From positions 19,282,001 through 19,346,000 of the forward strand of contig JAGIQG010000017.1 in assembly GCA_024679065.1 (NCBI GenBank): 64,000 bases of DNA, given 5' to 3'. Below, piece after piece: positions 37,501 to 50,350 of the stretch (position 1 is its first letter; every line of letters begins with the position of its first letter). Source of the stretch: Sphyrna mokarran. Taxonomy: Eukaryota. The translations under genes and the position numbers were made by a program. Under the pieces are notes generated by a model. The model was not told where the DNA came from. It made no database searches and saw only the letters and a program-made list of their open reading frames with translations.

Positions 37501-40500
37501 TTCAACCGTATTTCTCTCGCACTTTTTATTGAAGTCTCCCATCTATCACTTTTTTATTGACGTCTTAGCTGTTTCTCACTTTCTATTTAAGTTTCATCTC
37601 TGTCTCGCCTTTTTTATCTGGATTTTATCTGGACAGTTTTCAGTCCCGCTGAGTCTTTTGAGTGAATGTCCGAGCTCTGCACTGAGGTCCCTCCTCTCAC
37701 TCCCTCTTGCGTTTTATTGAAGTCTCACCACGGTTTCGCGCGCTTTTTATTGAACTACACTTTTCGCGCGCTTTTTATTCAAATTGCTCTCTCGCATTTT
37801 TTATTCTCGCCCTTTTTAACGAAGTGTGACCTCTATCCAAATCTATTTTTCTACTATATTTTTATTCAAGTCTCGCCTCTTTCTCTAACAAATTTTAATT
37901 AAATCTCATCTCTATCTATATTTAATTCAGTCTAACCTATAAACCTCTCACTTCTTCTTGGAGTCTTACCTCTATATCTCTCTCATCCTTTTTCTACAAG
38001 TCTCTCATCTCTCTCTCGCTCGCGCTTTTTTGAAGCCTCATCTCCAGCTCTTTTGCGCCTTTTCTTCAAATATCACTCCATTTCTCACAATTTTAATGAA
38101 CTCTCATCTCCATTTCTCTTTAATTGAAATCTCACCTGTATCTTTCTCACTGTTTTCATTGAAGTCTCACTTCTGTCGCGTACTTTTTTGCAGTCTCACC
38201 TCTATAGCTCCCCCACATTAGTAATGAGGTCTCACCTCTACCTCTCTTGCATTATAGTGAAGTCTTACCTCTGTATCTCACTTTTTATTGAAGTCTTACC
38301 TCTACTTCTCGCACTTTTTTTATTGAAGCTCCCTCTTTATCACTCACTTTTTGCTAACGTCTTATCTTTGTTTCTCACTTTTTATTGAAGTTTTATCTTT
38401 CTGTCGTCTTTATTTGGACTATAGAACCAACAGTTTTCAGTTCAGCTCGGTCTTTTGGGTGAACATCTTTACTGAAAGCTCTTTACTGAAGTCTCTCCTC
38501 TCACTCCCTCTTGCGTTTTATTGAAGTCTCACCACCCTCTCTTTGGCGCGCTTTCTCTTGAAGCTTCACCTTTCACACGCTGTTTACTCAAATCGCGCCT
38601 CTCTCTCTCTGGCACCTTTTATTCTCACCCTTTTGGTGAAGTCTGATCTCCATCCCTCTCACACTTTCTATTGATGCCTCATTTTTTAGTCAAGTCTCAC
38701 TTGTTTCGCGAGTTTTTTATTCAAGTCTCACTCTACATCTCACATGGAAGTCTCACCTCTCTTTTACACCTTTCTAATCGAATATTGCTTCTTTCTCTCA
38801 CAAATGTTACTTAAATCTCATCTCTATTTTTAATTCAGTCTCACCTCTAAATCTCTCTCACTTTTTATTCAAGTCTCATTTCAAACACTTCTGCGCGTCT
38901 TTTAATGAAGTCTCATCTCTATCTTGCTTTCCCATCTTTTCAATCAAATATGGCCTTTATGTCTCACTGTCTTAAAGTCTCAGCTCTCTCACATTTTTAA
39001 TTCAGGTCTCACCTTTAGCATCTCATGTTTTCTCCAAGTCTCACCTCCCTCTCACTTTACTTAAGTCTCTTCATGTCTCTCATCCTTTTTATTCAAGTCT
39101 CGTCTATCTCACACGCATTCTTTATTGAAGTCCCCTCTATGTTAATCGCATGCTTTTTTTTTTGAAGTTTCATCCCTCTGGCCCTTTTCTGGATTACGCA
39201 ATCAACAGTTTTCAGTCCCGCTGAGTCTTTTGAGTGAATGTCCGAGCTCTTTATTGAGGTCCCTCCTCTCACTCCCTCTTGTGGTTTATTGAAGTCTCTC
39301 CACCCTGTTTTTCGCGCGCTTTTTATTTAAATCAAGTTTTATCCCTCTCCCGCTTTTATTGATATCTCATCTCTAGCTCTCAATTTTTAGTCAAATGTCA
39401 GCTCTCGCGAGCCATTTTTTAAATTGAAGTCTCACTTTTTTCGTGGAAGTCTTTCGCACATTTTTATTTCAAATATCGCCTTTACGTCAATTTTGAAGTG
39501 TCCCCTCTATTTCTCATTTTTCTACTGAAGTATTACCTCTATGTCCCTCTTACCCTTTTTATTCAAGTCTGTCTCATCTCTCTCGCTCGTGCTTCTTTGA
39601 AGTCTCACATCTACCTCTTTTGCGCCTTTTCTTCAAATATCACTTCTATTTCTCACAATTTTATTGAAGTTTCACATCTAACTCTTTTTTATTTGAGTTT
39701 CGCCTGTATCTCCCTCACTCTTTTCATTAAAGTCTAATTTTTCCCACACAATTTTTTGAACTCTCACTCCTATTTTAGTTTTCCAGTCTCACCTCTCTAT
39801 TTCCCTCACATTTGTAATGGGCTCTCACCTCTATGTCTCGTACTTATAGTGAAAGCTTACCTCTGTATGTCTCACTTTTTATTGAAGTCTCACTTCTACT
39901 TTTTGCCCTTTTATTCAAGATCTCACACTTTCCTTCTCTCACTTCTATATCTCTCATTTTTTATTGACGATTCAATCGTATTTCTCTCGCACTTTTTATT
40001 GAAGTCTCCCATCTATCACTTACTTTTTTTATTGACGTCTTAGCTATTTCTCACTTTCTATTGAAGTTTCATCTCTCTCGCCTTTTTTATCTGGACTTTA
40101 TCTGGACAGTTTTCAGTCCCGCTGTGTCTTTTGAGTAAATGTCCGAGCTCTGTACTGAGGTCCCTCCTCTCACTCCCTCTTGCGTTTTATTGAAGTCTCA
40201 CCACGGTTTCGCGCGCTTTTTATTGAACTACACTTTTCGCGCGCTTTTTATTCAAATTGCTCTCTCGCATTTTTTATTCTCGCCCTTTTTAGCGAAGTGT
40301 AACCTCTATCCAAATCTATTTTTCTACCATATTTCTATTCAAATCTCGCCTCTTTCTCTAACAAATTTTAATTAAATCTCATCTATCTATATTTAATTCA
40401 GTCTAACCTCTAAACCTCTCACTTCTTCTTGAAGTCTTACCTCTATGTCTCTCTCACCCTTTTTCTACAAGTCTCTCGTCTCTCTCTCGCTCGTGCTTTT

Positions 40501-43500
40501 TTGAAGTCTTATCACTATCCCTTTTGCGCCTTTTCTTCAAATATCACCCCATTTCTCACAATTTTAATGAAGTCTCATATCTATTTCTCTTCAATTGAAA
40601 TCTCATCTGTATCTTTCTCAGTCTTTTCATTGACGTCTCACTTCTCTCGCGTATTTTTTGTGAAGTCTCACTTTTTTTGCAGTCTCACTTCTATAGCTCC
40701 CTTATATTAGTAATGAGGTTTCAACTATATCTGCCTCTCTTGCATTTATAGTGAAGTTTTATCTCTGTATCTCACTTTTTATTGAAGTCTTACCTCTACA
40801 TTTCTCGCACTTTTTATTGAAGGCTCCTCTTTCTCACTCACTTTTTGTTAACGTCATATCTCTGTTTCTCACTTGTTATTGAAGTTTTATCTTTCTATCG
40901 TCTTTATTTGGACTTTAGGACCAACAGTTTTCAGCCTGGCTGGATGTTTTGGGTGAACGTCCGAGCTCTTTACTGAAGTGTCTCCTCTCACTCCCTCTTG
41001 CGTTTTATTGAAGTTTCATCACCCTCTCTTTCGCGCGCTTTCTCTTGAAGCTTCACCTTTCGCGCGCTCTTTATTCAAATCGCGCCTCTCTCTCTCGCAC
41101 TTTTTATTCCCGCCCTTTTGATGAAGTCTGATCTCTCTCCCTCACACCTTCTATTGATGTCTCATCTTTCACTTAAGTCCCACTTGTTTCGCGAGTTTTT
41201 TTATTCAAGTCTCACTCTACCTCTCACATGGAAGTCTCATCTCTCTTTTACACCTTTCTGATCGAATATTGCCCCTTTCTCTCACAAATGCTACTTAAAT
41301 CTCATCTCTATTTTTAATTCAGTCTCACCTCTAAATCTCTCTCACTTTTTATGCAAATCTCACTTCAAACACTTTTGCCCGTCTTTTAATGAAGTCTCAT
41401 CTCTATCTCGCTTTCCCATCTTTTTAATCAAATATGGCCTTTATGTCTCTCTGTCTTAAAGAATTCTCAGCTCTCTCACATTTTTAATTCAGGTCTCACC
41501 TCTACCATCTTACCTTTTGTTCGAGTCTCACCTCCCTCTCACATTTACTTAAGTCTCTTCATGTCTCTCACCCTTTTTATTCAAGTCTCGTCTATCTCAC
41601 ACACATTCTTTATTGAAGTCCCACCTCTATATTAATCGCATGCTTTTTTCTGAAGTTTCATCCCTCTGGCCCTTTTCTGGATTACGCAATCAACAGTTTT
41701 CAGTCCCGCTGAGTCTTTTGAGTGAATGTCCGAGCTCTTTATTGAGGTCCCTCCTCTCACTCCCTGTTGTGGTTTATTGAAGTCTCTCCACCCTGTTTTT
41801 CGCGCGCTTTTTATTTAAATCAACTTCTATTCCTCTCCCGCTTTTATTGATATCTCACCTCTAGTTCTCAATTTTTAGTCAAATGTCACCTCTCTGGCGA
41901 TCCATTTTTTAAATTGAAGTCTCACTTCTATCTCATTTTTCGTGGAAGTCTTTCGCACATTTTTATTTCAAATATCACCTTTACGTCAATTTTGATGAAG
42001 TGTCCCCTCTACCTCTCTCACATTTTCTACTGAAAATTACCTCTATGTCTCTCACCCTTTTTATTTACGTCTGTCTTATCTCTCGCTCGCGCTTCTTTGA
42101 AGTCTCACATCTCTTTCGCGCCTTTTCTTCAAATTTCGCCTCTATTTCTCACAATTTTATTGAAGTTTCACATCTAACTTATTATTTGAGTCTCACCTGT
42201 ATCTCCCTCACTCTTTTCATTGAAGTCTCACCTTTCCCACGCAATTTTTTGAAGTCTCACTCCTATTTTATTTTCCCAGTCTCACCTATTTCCCTCACAG
42301 TTGTAATCGGCTCTCACCTCTATCTCTCCTGTACTTAGTGAAATCTTATCTCTGTATCTCACTTTTTATTGAAGTCTCAATTCTATTTTTTGCCCTTTTA
42401 TTCAAGATCTTACACTTTCCTTGTCTCACCTCTATATCTCATTTTTTATTGGCGATTCAACCGTATTTCTCTCGCACTTTTTATTGAAGTATCCCATCTA
42501 TCACTTACTTTTTTTAATTGACGTCTTAGCTGTTTCTCACTTTCTATTGAAGTTTCATCTCTCTCGCCTTTTTTATTCGGACTTTATCTGAACAGTTTTC
42601 AGTCCCGCTGAGTCTTTTGAGTAAATGTCCGAGCTCTGCACTGAGGTCCCTCCTCTCACTCCCTCTTGCGTTTTATTGAAGTCTCACCACTGTTCCGCGC
42701 GCTTTTTATTGAACTACACTTTTCGCGCGCTTTTTATTCAAATTGCTCTCTCGCATTTTTTATTCTCGCCCTTTTTAGCGAAGTGTGACCTCTATCCAAA
42801 TCACTTTTTCTACTATAGTTCTATTCAAATCTCGCCTCTTTCTCTCACAAATTTTAATTAAATCTCTCCTCTATCTATATTTAATTCAGTCTAACCTCTA
42901 AACCTCTCACTTCTTCTTGAAGTCTTACTTCTATGTCTCTCTCACCCTTTTTCTACAAGTCTCTCATCTCGTCTCCCTCGTTCGCGCTTTTTTGAAGTCT
43001 CATCTCTGTCTCTTTTGCGCCTTTTCTTCAAATATCACCCCATTTCTCACAATTTTAATGAAATCTCATCTCTATTTCTCTTTAATTGAAATCTCATCTG
43101 TATCTTTCTCACTCTTTTCATTGACCTCTCACTTCTCTCGCGTATTTTTTGTGAAGTCTCACCTTTCTTTTTTGCAGTCTCACTTCTATAGCTCCCTTAT
43201 ATTAGTGATGAGGTCTCACCTATATCTGCCTCTCTTGCATTTATAGTGAAGTCTTACCTCTGTATCTCACTTTTTATTGAAGTCTTACCTCTACATCTCG
43301 CACCTTTTAATGAAGTCTCTCCTCTTTATCACTCACCTTTTGTTAACGTCTTATCTCTGTTTCTCACTTGTTATTGAAGTTTTATCTTTCTGTCGTCTTT
43401 ATTTGGACTATAGGACCAACAGTTTTCAGTCCGGCGGGTGTTTTGGGTGAACGTCCGAGCTCTTTACTGAAGTCTCTCCTCTCACTCCCTCTTGTGTGTT

Positions 43501-46500
43501 ATTGAAGTCTCACCACCCTTTCTTTGGCGCGCTTTCTCTTGAAGCTTCACTTTTCGCGCGCTTTTTATTCAAATCGCGCCTCGCTCCCTCTCTCTCGCAC
43601 TTTTTATTCTCCTCTTTTGAAGTCTGACCTCTATCCCTCTCACGCCTTCTATTGATGTCTCACCGCCATCACTCTCACTTCTTAGTCAAGTCTCGAGAGC
43701 TCTCTCGAGAGCTTTTTTATTCAAATTTCACTGTACCTCTCACATGGAAGTCTCACCTCCCTCTTTCACACCTTTCTATTCTAATATTACCTCTATTTCT
43801 CACAAATTTTAATTAAATCTCACCGTATCTATTTTTAATTCAGTCTCACCTCTAAATCTCTCATTTGTTATTTAAGTTTCACCTCAAGCTCTTTTGGGCG
43901 TTTTTTTTTCATGAAGTCTCACCTCCTTTCCCACCTTTTTTGTTCAAACATCGCCTCTACCTCTATTAAAGATGTCTCAGCTCTTTCGAATTTTTAATTC
44001 AAGTCTCACCTCTAACTTCTCACTTTTTTTCAAGACTCACCTTTGTGTCTCTCTCACCCTTTCTATTCAAGTCTCCTCCTTATATCTCTTTTACACACAC
44101 TTTTTATTGAAGACTCGTTTCTATAGAACTCGCGCACTTTTTATCGAAGTTTCATCCTCTCTCGCCCTTTATTATTTGGACGATGGAATCAACACTTTTT
44201 GATCCCGCTGAGTCTTTTGAGTGAACTCCTTACTTAAGTCCGTCCTCACTCCCTCTTGCGTTTTATTGAAGCCTCATCTTTCGAGCGCTTTATAATTCAA
44301 ATCGTATCTCTATTTCTCTCACACTCTTCAAATAAGGCTCGTTCTCGCACCTTTTTATTGATATGTCACCTCTTTCACTTTTAGTCGTCTCATCTCACTC
44401 GCGAACATTTTATTGAAGTCCCACATCTCTCTTTCGCACCTTTTTATTTAAATATCACCTATCTCAATTTTTACTGAAGTGTCACTTTTACGTCTCTCAC
44501 TCTTTTTATTCAAATCTCTCCTGTCTATCTCACACTTTTTAAATGAAATCTCACCTCTATCGCTTTCGCCCCTTTTCTTCAAATATCATTTCTATTTCTC
44601 ACAATTTTAATGAAGTCTCACCTCTTTTTATTTAAGTACCTCCCTCACTCTTTTCATTGAGGTCTCATCTCTCTCGTGCTATTTTTTGAAGCCTCATTCT
44701 ATCGCTCATATGGAAGTCTCACCTCTATTCCTTTTTCCAAGTCTCACCTCTATCTCACATTTGTAATGAAGTCTTACCTTTATCTCCCTCTCTCGCATTT
44801 ATAGTGAAGTCTTCTGTATTTCTCATTATTGAAGTCTCATCTCTATTTCTCACACTTTTTATTCAAGTATCTCTCACACCTGTTTCCAAGTCTCACCTCT
44901 ATTTCTCTCACACTTTCTAATGAAGTCTCCCCGTTCACTCACTTTTTTTATAGACGTCTTATCTCTGTTTTTCACTTTCTATTGAAGTTTCTCTCTCGCG
45001 CGCCTTTTTTATTTGGACCATGGAATCAACAGTTTTCAGTCCCGCTGAGTCTTTTGAGTGAATGTCCGAGTTCTTTACTGAAGCCCCTCCTCTCACTCCC
45101 ACTAGCGTTTTATTGGAGTCTCGCCGCTCCGTTTGGTGCGCTTTTTCTTGAAGCCTTACCTTTCGCGCGCTTTTTATTCAAATCACACCTCTGTCCCTCT
45201 CTATCACTTTTTATTCTCGCCCTTTTTTAGTGAAGTCTGACCTCTATCCCTCTCACGCCTTCTCCTGAATTCTCATCTCTATCTCTCACTTTTTAGTCAA
45301 GTCTCATCTCTCTCTCGAGCTTTTTATTGAAATCTCACTACCTTACATGGAAATCTCACCTCCCTTTCACGTTTCTATTCAAATATCTCATCTCTCACAA
45401 ATTGTAATTAAATCTCATCTCTATCTATTTTTAATTCAGTCTCACTTCTAAATCTCTCACATTTATTCAAGTTTCAGCTCAAGCACTTTTGCGCGTTTTT
45501 TCATGAAGTCTCACTTCTATCTCTTCCACCTTTTGATTCATATTTGGCCTCTATCTGTGTTAACATCTCAACTCTCTCACACACTTTTAATTCAAGTCTC
45601 ACTTCTACCATCTATTTCACTTTTAGTTCAATTCTCACTTCCTTCTCACACGTTTACTGAAGTCTCACCTTTATATCTCTCTCACCCTTTTTATTCAAGT
45701 CTCCTCTCTATTTCTCTCACACATACTTGTTATTGAAGTTTCATCTCTATTTCACTCGCGCGCTTTTTACTGAAGTTTCATCTCTCTCATTCTTTTTTTC
45801 TCAGAACAATAGAATGAACAATTTTTAGTCTGGCTGGGTCTTTTGAGTGAATATCCGAGCTCTACTAAAATCTCTTCTCTCACTCCCTCTTCCGGTTTAT
45901 TGAAATCTCACTGCCATCTCTTTCGCGCCTTTTTTATTCAAATGGCACCTCTATCCCCCCAACCTCCTCTCGGAGTTTTAAAATGATCCTCCGTCTCGTA
46001 GCTTTTTATTGAGATCTGTCATTTACTTTTTAATTAAGTCTCACCTCTCGGGAGCGTTTTATCGAAGTCTCAGCTCTAACTCTCTTTCGCACCTTTTTAT
46101 TTAAATACCGCTTCTCAATTTTTAATGAAACTTCGCCTCTTTTTATTCAAATCTCTCCTCTAACAATCTCACTTTTTAAATGAAATCTCACCTCACTTTC
46201 GCGCGCTTTTCGAAGTCTCACTTCTATAGCTTTCGCGCATTTTCTTCAGATATCACATCTATTTTTCACAATCTTATTGACCTCACATCTAGCTCTCTTT
46301 ATTTAAATCTCACCTGCATTTCCTTACCGTTTTCATTGAAGTCTCACCTCTTCTGCGATTTTTTGAAGTCTGGCTCCATCTCTCTCATGGAAGTCTCACT
46401 TTTTTTTCAAGTCTCACCTTTCATATTTGTAATGAAGTCTCAGCTCTATCTTCCTCTCTCGCATTTATAGAAAAGTCTTGCTTCTGTATTTCACTTTTTA

Positions 46501-48226
46501 CTGAACTTTCACCTCCATCTCTCGCGCTCTTATTCAATTATCTCTCACATTCCTTCTTCCAAGTCTCGCCTCAATATCTCTCACACTTACTGAAGTCTCA
46601 CCTATATTCCGCTCGCTCTTTTTATTGAAGTCTCACAGCAAGCTTTTTTTAATATAGTCTCATTTCCATCTCACTTCATATTGAAGTCTACATATATCAC
46701 TTACTTTTTATCGACGTCTTATTCTTGTTTCTAATTTTTTATTGAAGTTTCATCTCTCTTTCGCTTTTTTTATTTGGACCATGGAATCAACATTTACCAG
46801 TCCCGCTGAGTCTTTTAAGAGAATGTCTCAGCTCTTTGCTGAAGTCCCTCCTCTTACTCCCTCTTGTGTTCTATTGAAGTCTCACCACCCGTTTCGCGCG
46901 CTTTTTATTGAAGCCTCACTTTTCGCGCACTTTTTATTCCAATCACACTTCTGTCCTCTCGCACGTTTTATTCTCGCCCTTTTTTAGTGAAATCTGACTT
47001 CTTTCCCTCTCACACCTTTTATTAATGTCTCACCTCCATTTCCCTCGCTCACTTCTTAGACAAGTCTCGCGAACATTTGATTCAAGTCTCACTCCACCTT
47101 TCACATGGAAATCTCACCTGTCGTTCGCATCTTTTTATTCAAATATGGCCTCTACCTCTGAATTAAATCTCACCTCTATTTTCAAGGAAACCTCACCTCT
47201 AAATATCATTCAAGTTTTATTCAGGTCTCATCTTAAACTTTTGTGCGGTTTTTAATAAAATCTTACCTCTATTTCTCTCCCACGTTTTAAATTCAGATAT
47301 GGCCTACAATACATCTGTGTTTGAAGAAATTTCAACTCTATCACATTTTTAATTCAAGTTTCATCCCTACCATCTCATTTTTTGTCCAAGTCTCACCTCT
47401 CCCTTTCTCAAACCTTTACTGAAGGTTTATGTCTCTTTCATCCTTTTTGGTCAAGTTTCCACTGTCTGTCTCTCACACACTTCTTGTTGAACTCTCACCT
47501 CTACCTCATTCGCGCACTTTTTAACTGAAGTTTCATCTCACCCTCGCCTTTTTTATTTGGACAATGGAATCGACAGTTTTCAGTCCTGCTGAGTCTTTGA
47601 GTGAATGTCCGAGCTCTTTACTGAAGTCCCTCCTCTCACTCTCTCTTGTGTTTTATTGAAGTCTCACCACTTTCTCACGTGCTTTTTGTTCAAATCGCAC
47701 CTCTATCCCTCTCTCTCGCATTTTCTATTCTCGCCCTTTTTAGTGAACTCTGACCTCTATCTCTTTCACATCTTCTACTAATGTCTCATCTCCACCTCTC
47801 ACTCACTTTTTAGTTATCTCGCCTCTCTCGCGAGCTTTTTATTGAAGGCTCTATCTCTCACATGGAAATCTCACCTCTCTCTCACACCTTTCTGTTCAAA
47901 TATCACCTCTATCTCTCAGAAATTTTAATTAAATCTCACCATATTTCTTTCTCTCAGTTTTAATTGAACCCTCACCTCAATTTTTAGTGAAGTCTCATCT
48001 CTATCTTTCTTTCTACCTTTTTATTCAAATATGGCACCTGTCTCTCAGTATTTAATGAAGTCTAAGCTCTCTCTCACACACATGCACTTCTACTGAAGTC
48101 TCACTTTGCGTATCTCTCACTCTTTTAATTCAAGTCTCCTCTGTCTACGTCTCTCACACTTCTTAATAAAGTTCCTTCTCTATCTCTCGCTTTCGCATTT
48201 ACAGTGAAATCTTACCTCTGGATCTC
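31560..48226. repeat. Satellite B: ~30-35-bp TTTTATTGAAGTCTCACCTCT-core repeat with nested higher-order units
   Basis: The core motif is continuous over about 16.6 kb. A ~60-bp marker (TGGACTATGGAATCAACAGTTTTCAGTCCCGCTGAGTCTTTTGAGTGAATGTCCGAGCTC) occurs 23 times by my count. Identical ORF starts MSELCTEVPPLTPSCVLLKSHH fall at 37666, 40139 and 42625. Confidence 0.95.
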
Positions 48227-49314
48227 TAACAGGAAGCAGAGAGTTAAAATAAATGGGTGCTTTTCTGGTTGGCAATTGGTGACTAGTGGCATACCACAGG
48301 ATCGGTGCTGGGGCCATATGGTACATGTTTATCATATATTTAGACAATCTGGAGAAGGGGACTGAATGTAGGGTAACAAAATTTGTTGACACAAAGATGA
48401 GTGGGAAAGCAAATTGCGTGCAGGACGCGGAAAGTCTGCAGAGAAATTTGAGTGGGCTGAGTGAGTGGGCGAGGATCTGGCAGATGAAGTATAAGGTTGG
48501 CAAGTGTGAGATTATTCACTTTGGAAGGAATAATAGTAAAATGAACTATTATTTAAATGATGAAAAATTACAACATGCTACTGTGAAAGGACCTGGGAGT
48601 CCTTGTGCATGAATTGCAAAAACTCAGTTTGCAGGTGCAGCAGGTGATCAAGAAAGGAAATGGAATGTTGGTCTTTATTGTGAGGAGGATGGAATATAAA
48701 AGCAGGGAGGTCTTATTGCAATTGTACAAGGTACTGGTGAGGTTGCAAATAGAGTACTGTGTCAATTTTGGTCCCCTTATCTGTGAAAGGATCTATTGGT
48801 GAAAGGATCTTGGAGGGATTATAACAAAAGTTCAACAGGTTGATACTGGAGATGAGGGGGTTAGCTTATGAGGAGAGATTGAGTAGATTGGGCCTGTACT
48901 TGTTGGAGTTTAGAAGGCTGAGGGGTGATCTTATAGAGACATATAAGATAATGAAGGGGCTAGATAGGGTAGAGTCAGAGAGATTCTTTCCACTTAGAAA
49001 GGAAACAAGAACTAGAGAACACAGCCTCAAAATAAGGGGAAGTCAGTTTAGAACAGAGTTGACGAGGAACTTCTTCTCTCAGAGGGTAGTGAATCTCTGG
49101 AATTCTCTGCCCATTGAAATGGTGGAGGCTACCTCATTGTCAATGTTTAAGTCACAGGTATATAGATTTCTGATCAATAAAAAGGGAATTAGGGTTATGA
49201 GGAGCAGGTGGGTAAGTGGAACTAAACCACTTTTAGATCAGCCATGATCTTATTGAATTGCGGGGCAGGCTCAAGGGGCTAGATGGCCTACTCCTGCTCC
49301 TATTTCTCATATTC
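48227..49314 (+). mobile_element. CR1 LINE, 5'-truncated (RT to 3' tail), frameshifted
   Basis: NRKQRVKING..WQLVTSGIPQGSVLGP, TKFVD(D)TK, WARIWQMKYKVGKCEIIHFG, YEERLSRLGLYLLEFRRLRGDLIETYKIM, RNFFSQRVVNLWNSLP and tail GGCCTACTCCTGCTCCTATTTCT. Confidence 0.95.
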
Positions 49315-49904
49315 TTATTGAAGTGACGTTCTGATTTTGCACACTGGCAGAAAGCCTTGCTTGTTGGAAACCTATCACAAACTCAGTTGTGCACGTGAAT
49401 TTCTAATACTTGTGCTCATATTGTGCTTCCTTTTCCAGAATGTATTCCCAACATTTAATTCCTATGTTTCAACAAACTGCTGTCTCTGAACAAAATGAGA
49501 CAAGTGATCAATGGTTAGATTTAGAAATTCATTAGCTCTACAAAACTAGTGAAAGATAGCAGTGAACCTCACGCTAACTGCAGGTATATAAAAAATTGCA
49601 ACCTATTGACCTCCCTTTCTGCTAGCAAAACATTGAACACAAAAGCACGTAGCAAAACATTGAACATAAAGCACGTATCAGTAAACACATAATTTGACCA
49701 ACAGACTCAACGTATGTTCCTGCACATCCTGTTTAAACAAAATGCACAAGTACGACCCCATAGACAGGAGCATAAATGTCTATAAAAATAATTGAAAGCA
49801 TTCTAATCTTTGTCTAGTATATGATTTATAGTTGCAGCATTTTCAGGTACATCACATCTTGTATTTAGTCAAGCAGGAATGTAATAGAATTAAGCAGCTA
49901 TATA

Positions 49905-50350
49905 CTAACACCAACAGCTTACACTTTTGTAACTCCTTTTATGTCATAAAGCATTCCAATGAGTTGAAAATAACCACTCATGGTTATTCCTCACCGAATG
50001 GTGAGGAAAATCTGAAGGGCATATCAAAGAGGTAGGTTCTGAGGGGGCTTTTAAAGGAATGGAGGATGGTAACAAGATAAAGGGTGCAAGAATGGCAACG
50101 CAGCTAAACATTAAGCAACTGAAGGTACAAAGAGGAATGCAAAGGAGTCCTGGATTGAAAAATAATGTGCAGGAACACAGAGGCCTAAATCAGAAGTGGG
50201 GAGCAGTTAAGGAGATTCATCAATGATAGGAATTCTAAAATTTGTGCATAGAAGAGTAAGCAATTAACATTTTTAAATTCTAAGCAAAGGTAAACTGGAC
50301 ATAATGTTGAGATAGAGCTAACATATCATTTGCGTAATGGTGAAAGTTGA
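49905..50350 (-). mobile_element. Old L2-like LINE 3' remnant
   Basis: AACACCAACAGCTTACAC...TCAAAGAGGTAGGTTCTGAGG...TTAAAGGA resembles the reverse complement of shark L2 3' ends (from recall). Highly decayed. Confidence 0.45.

Noticed and set aside
31560-48226. CENP-B boxes or recombination signal sequences in the satellite
   Set aside because: I did not see a TTCG....A..CGGG box or CACAGTG heptamer/nonamer pairs with 12/23 spacing by eye.
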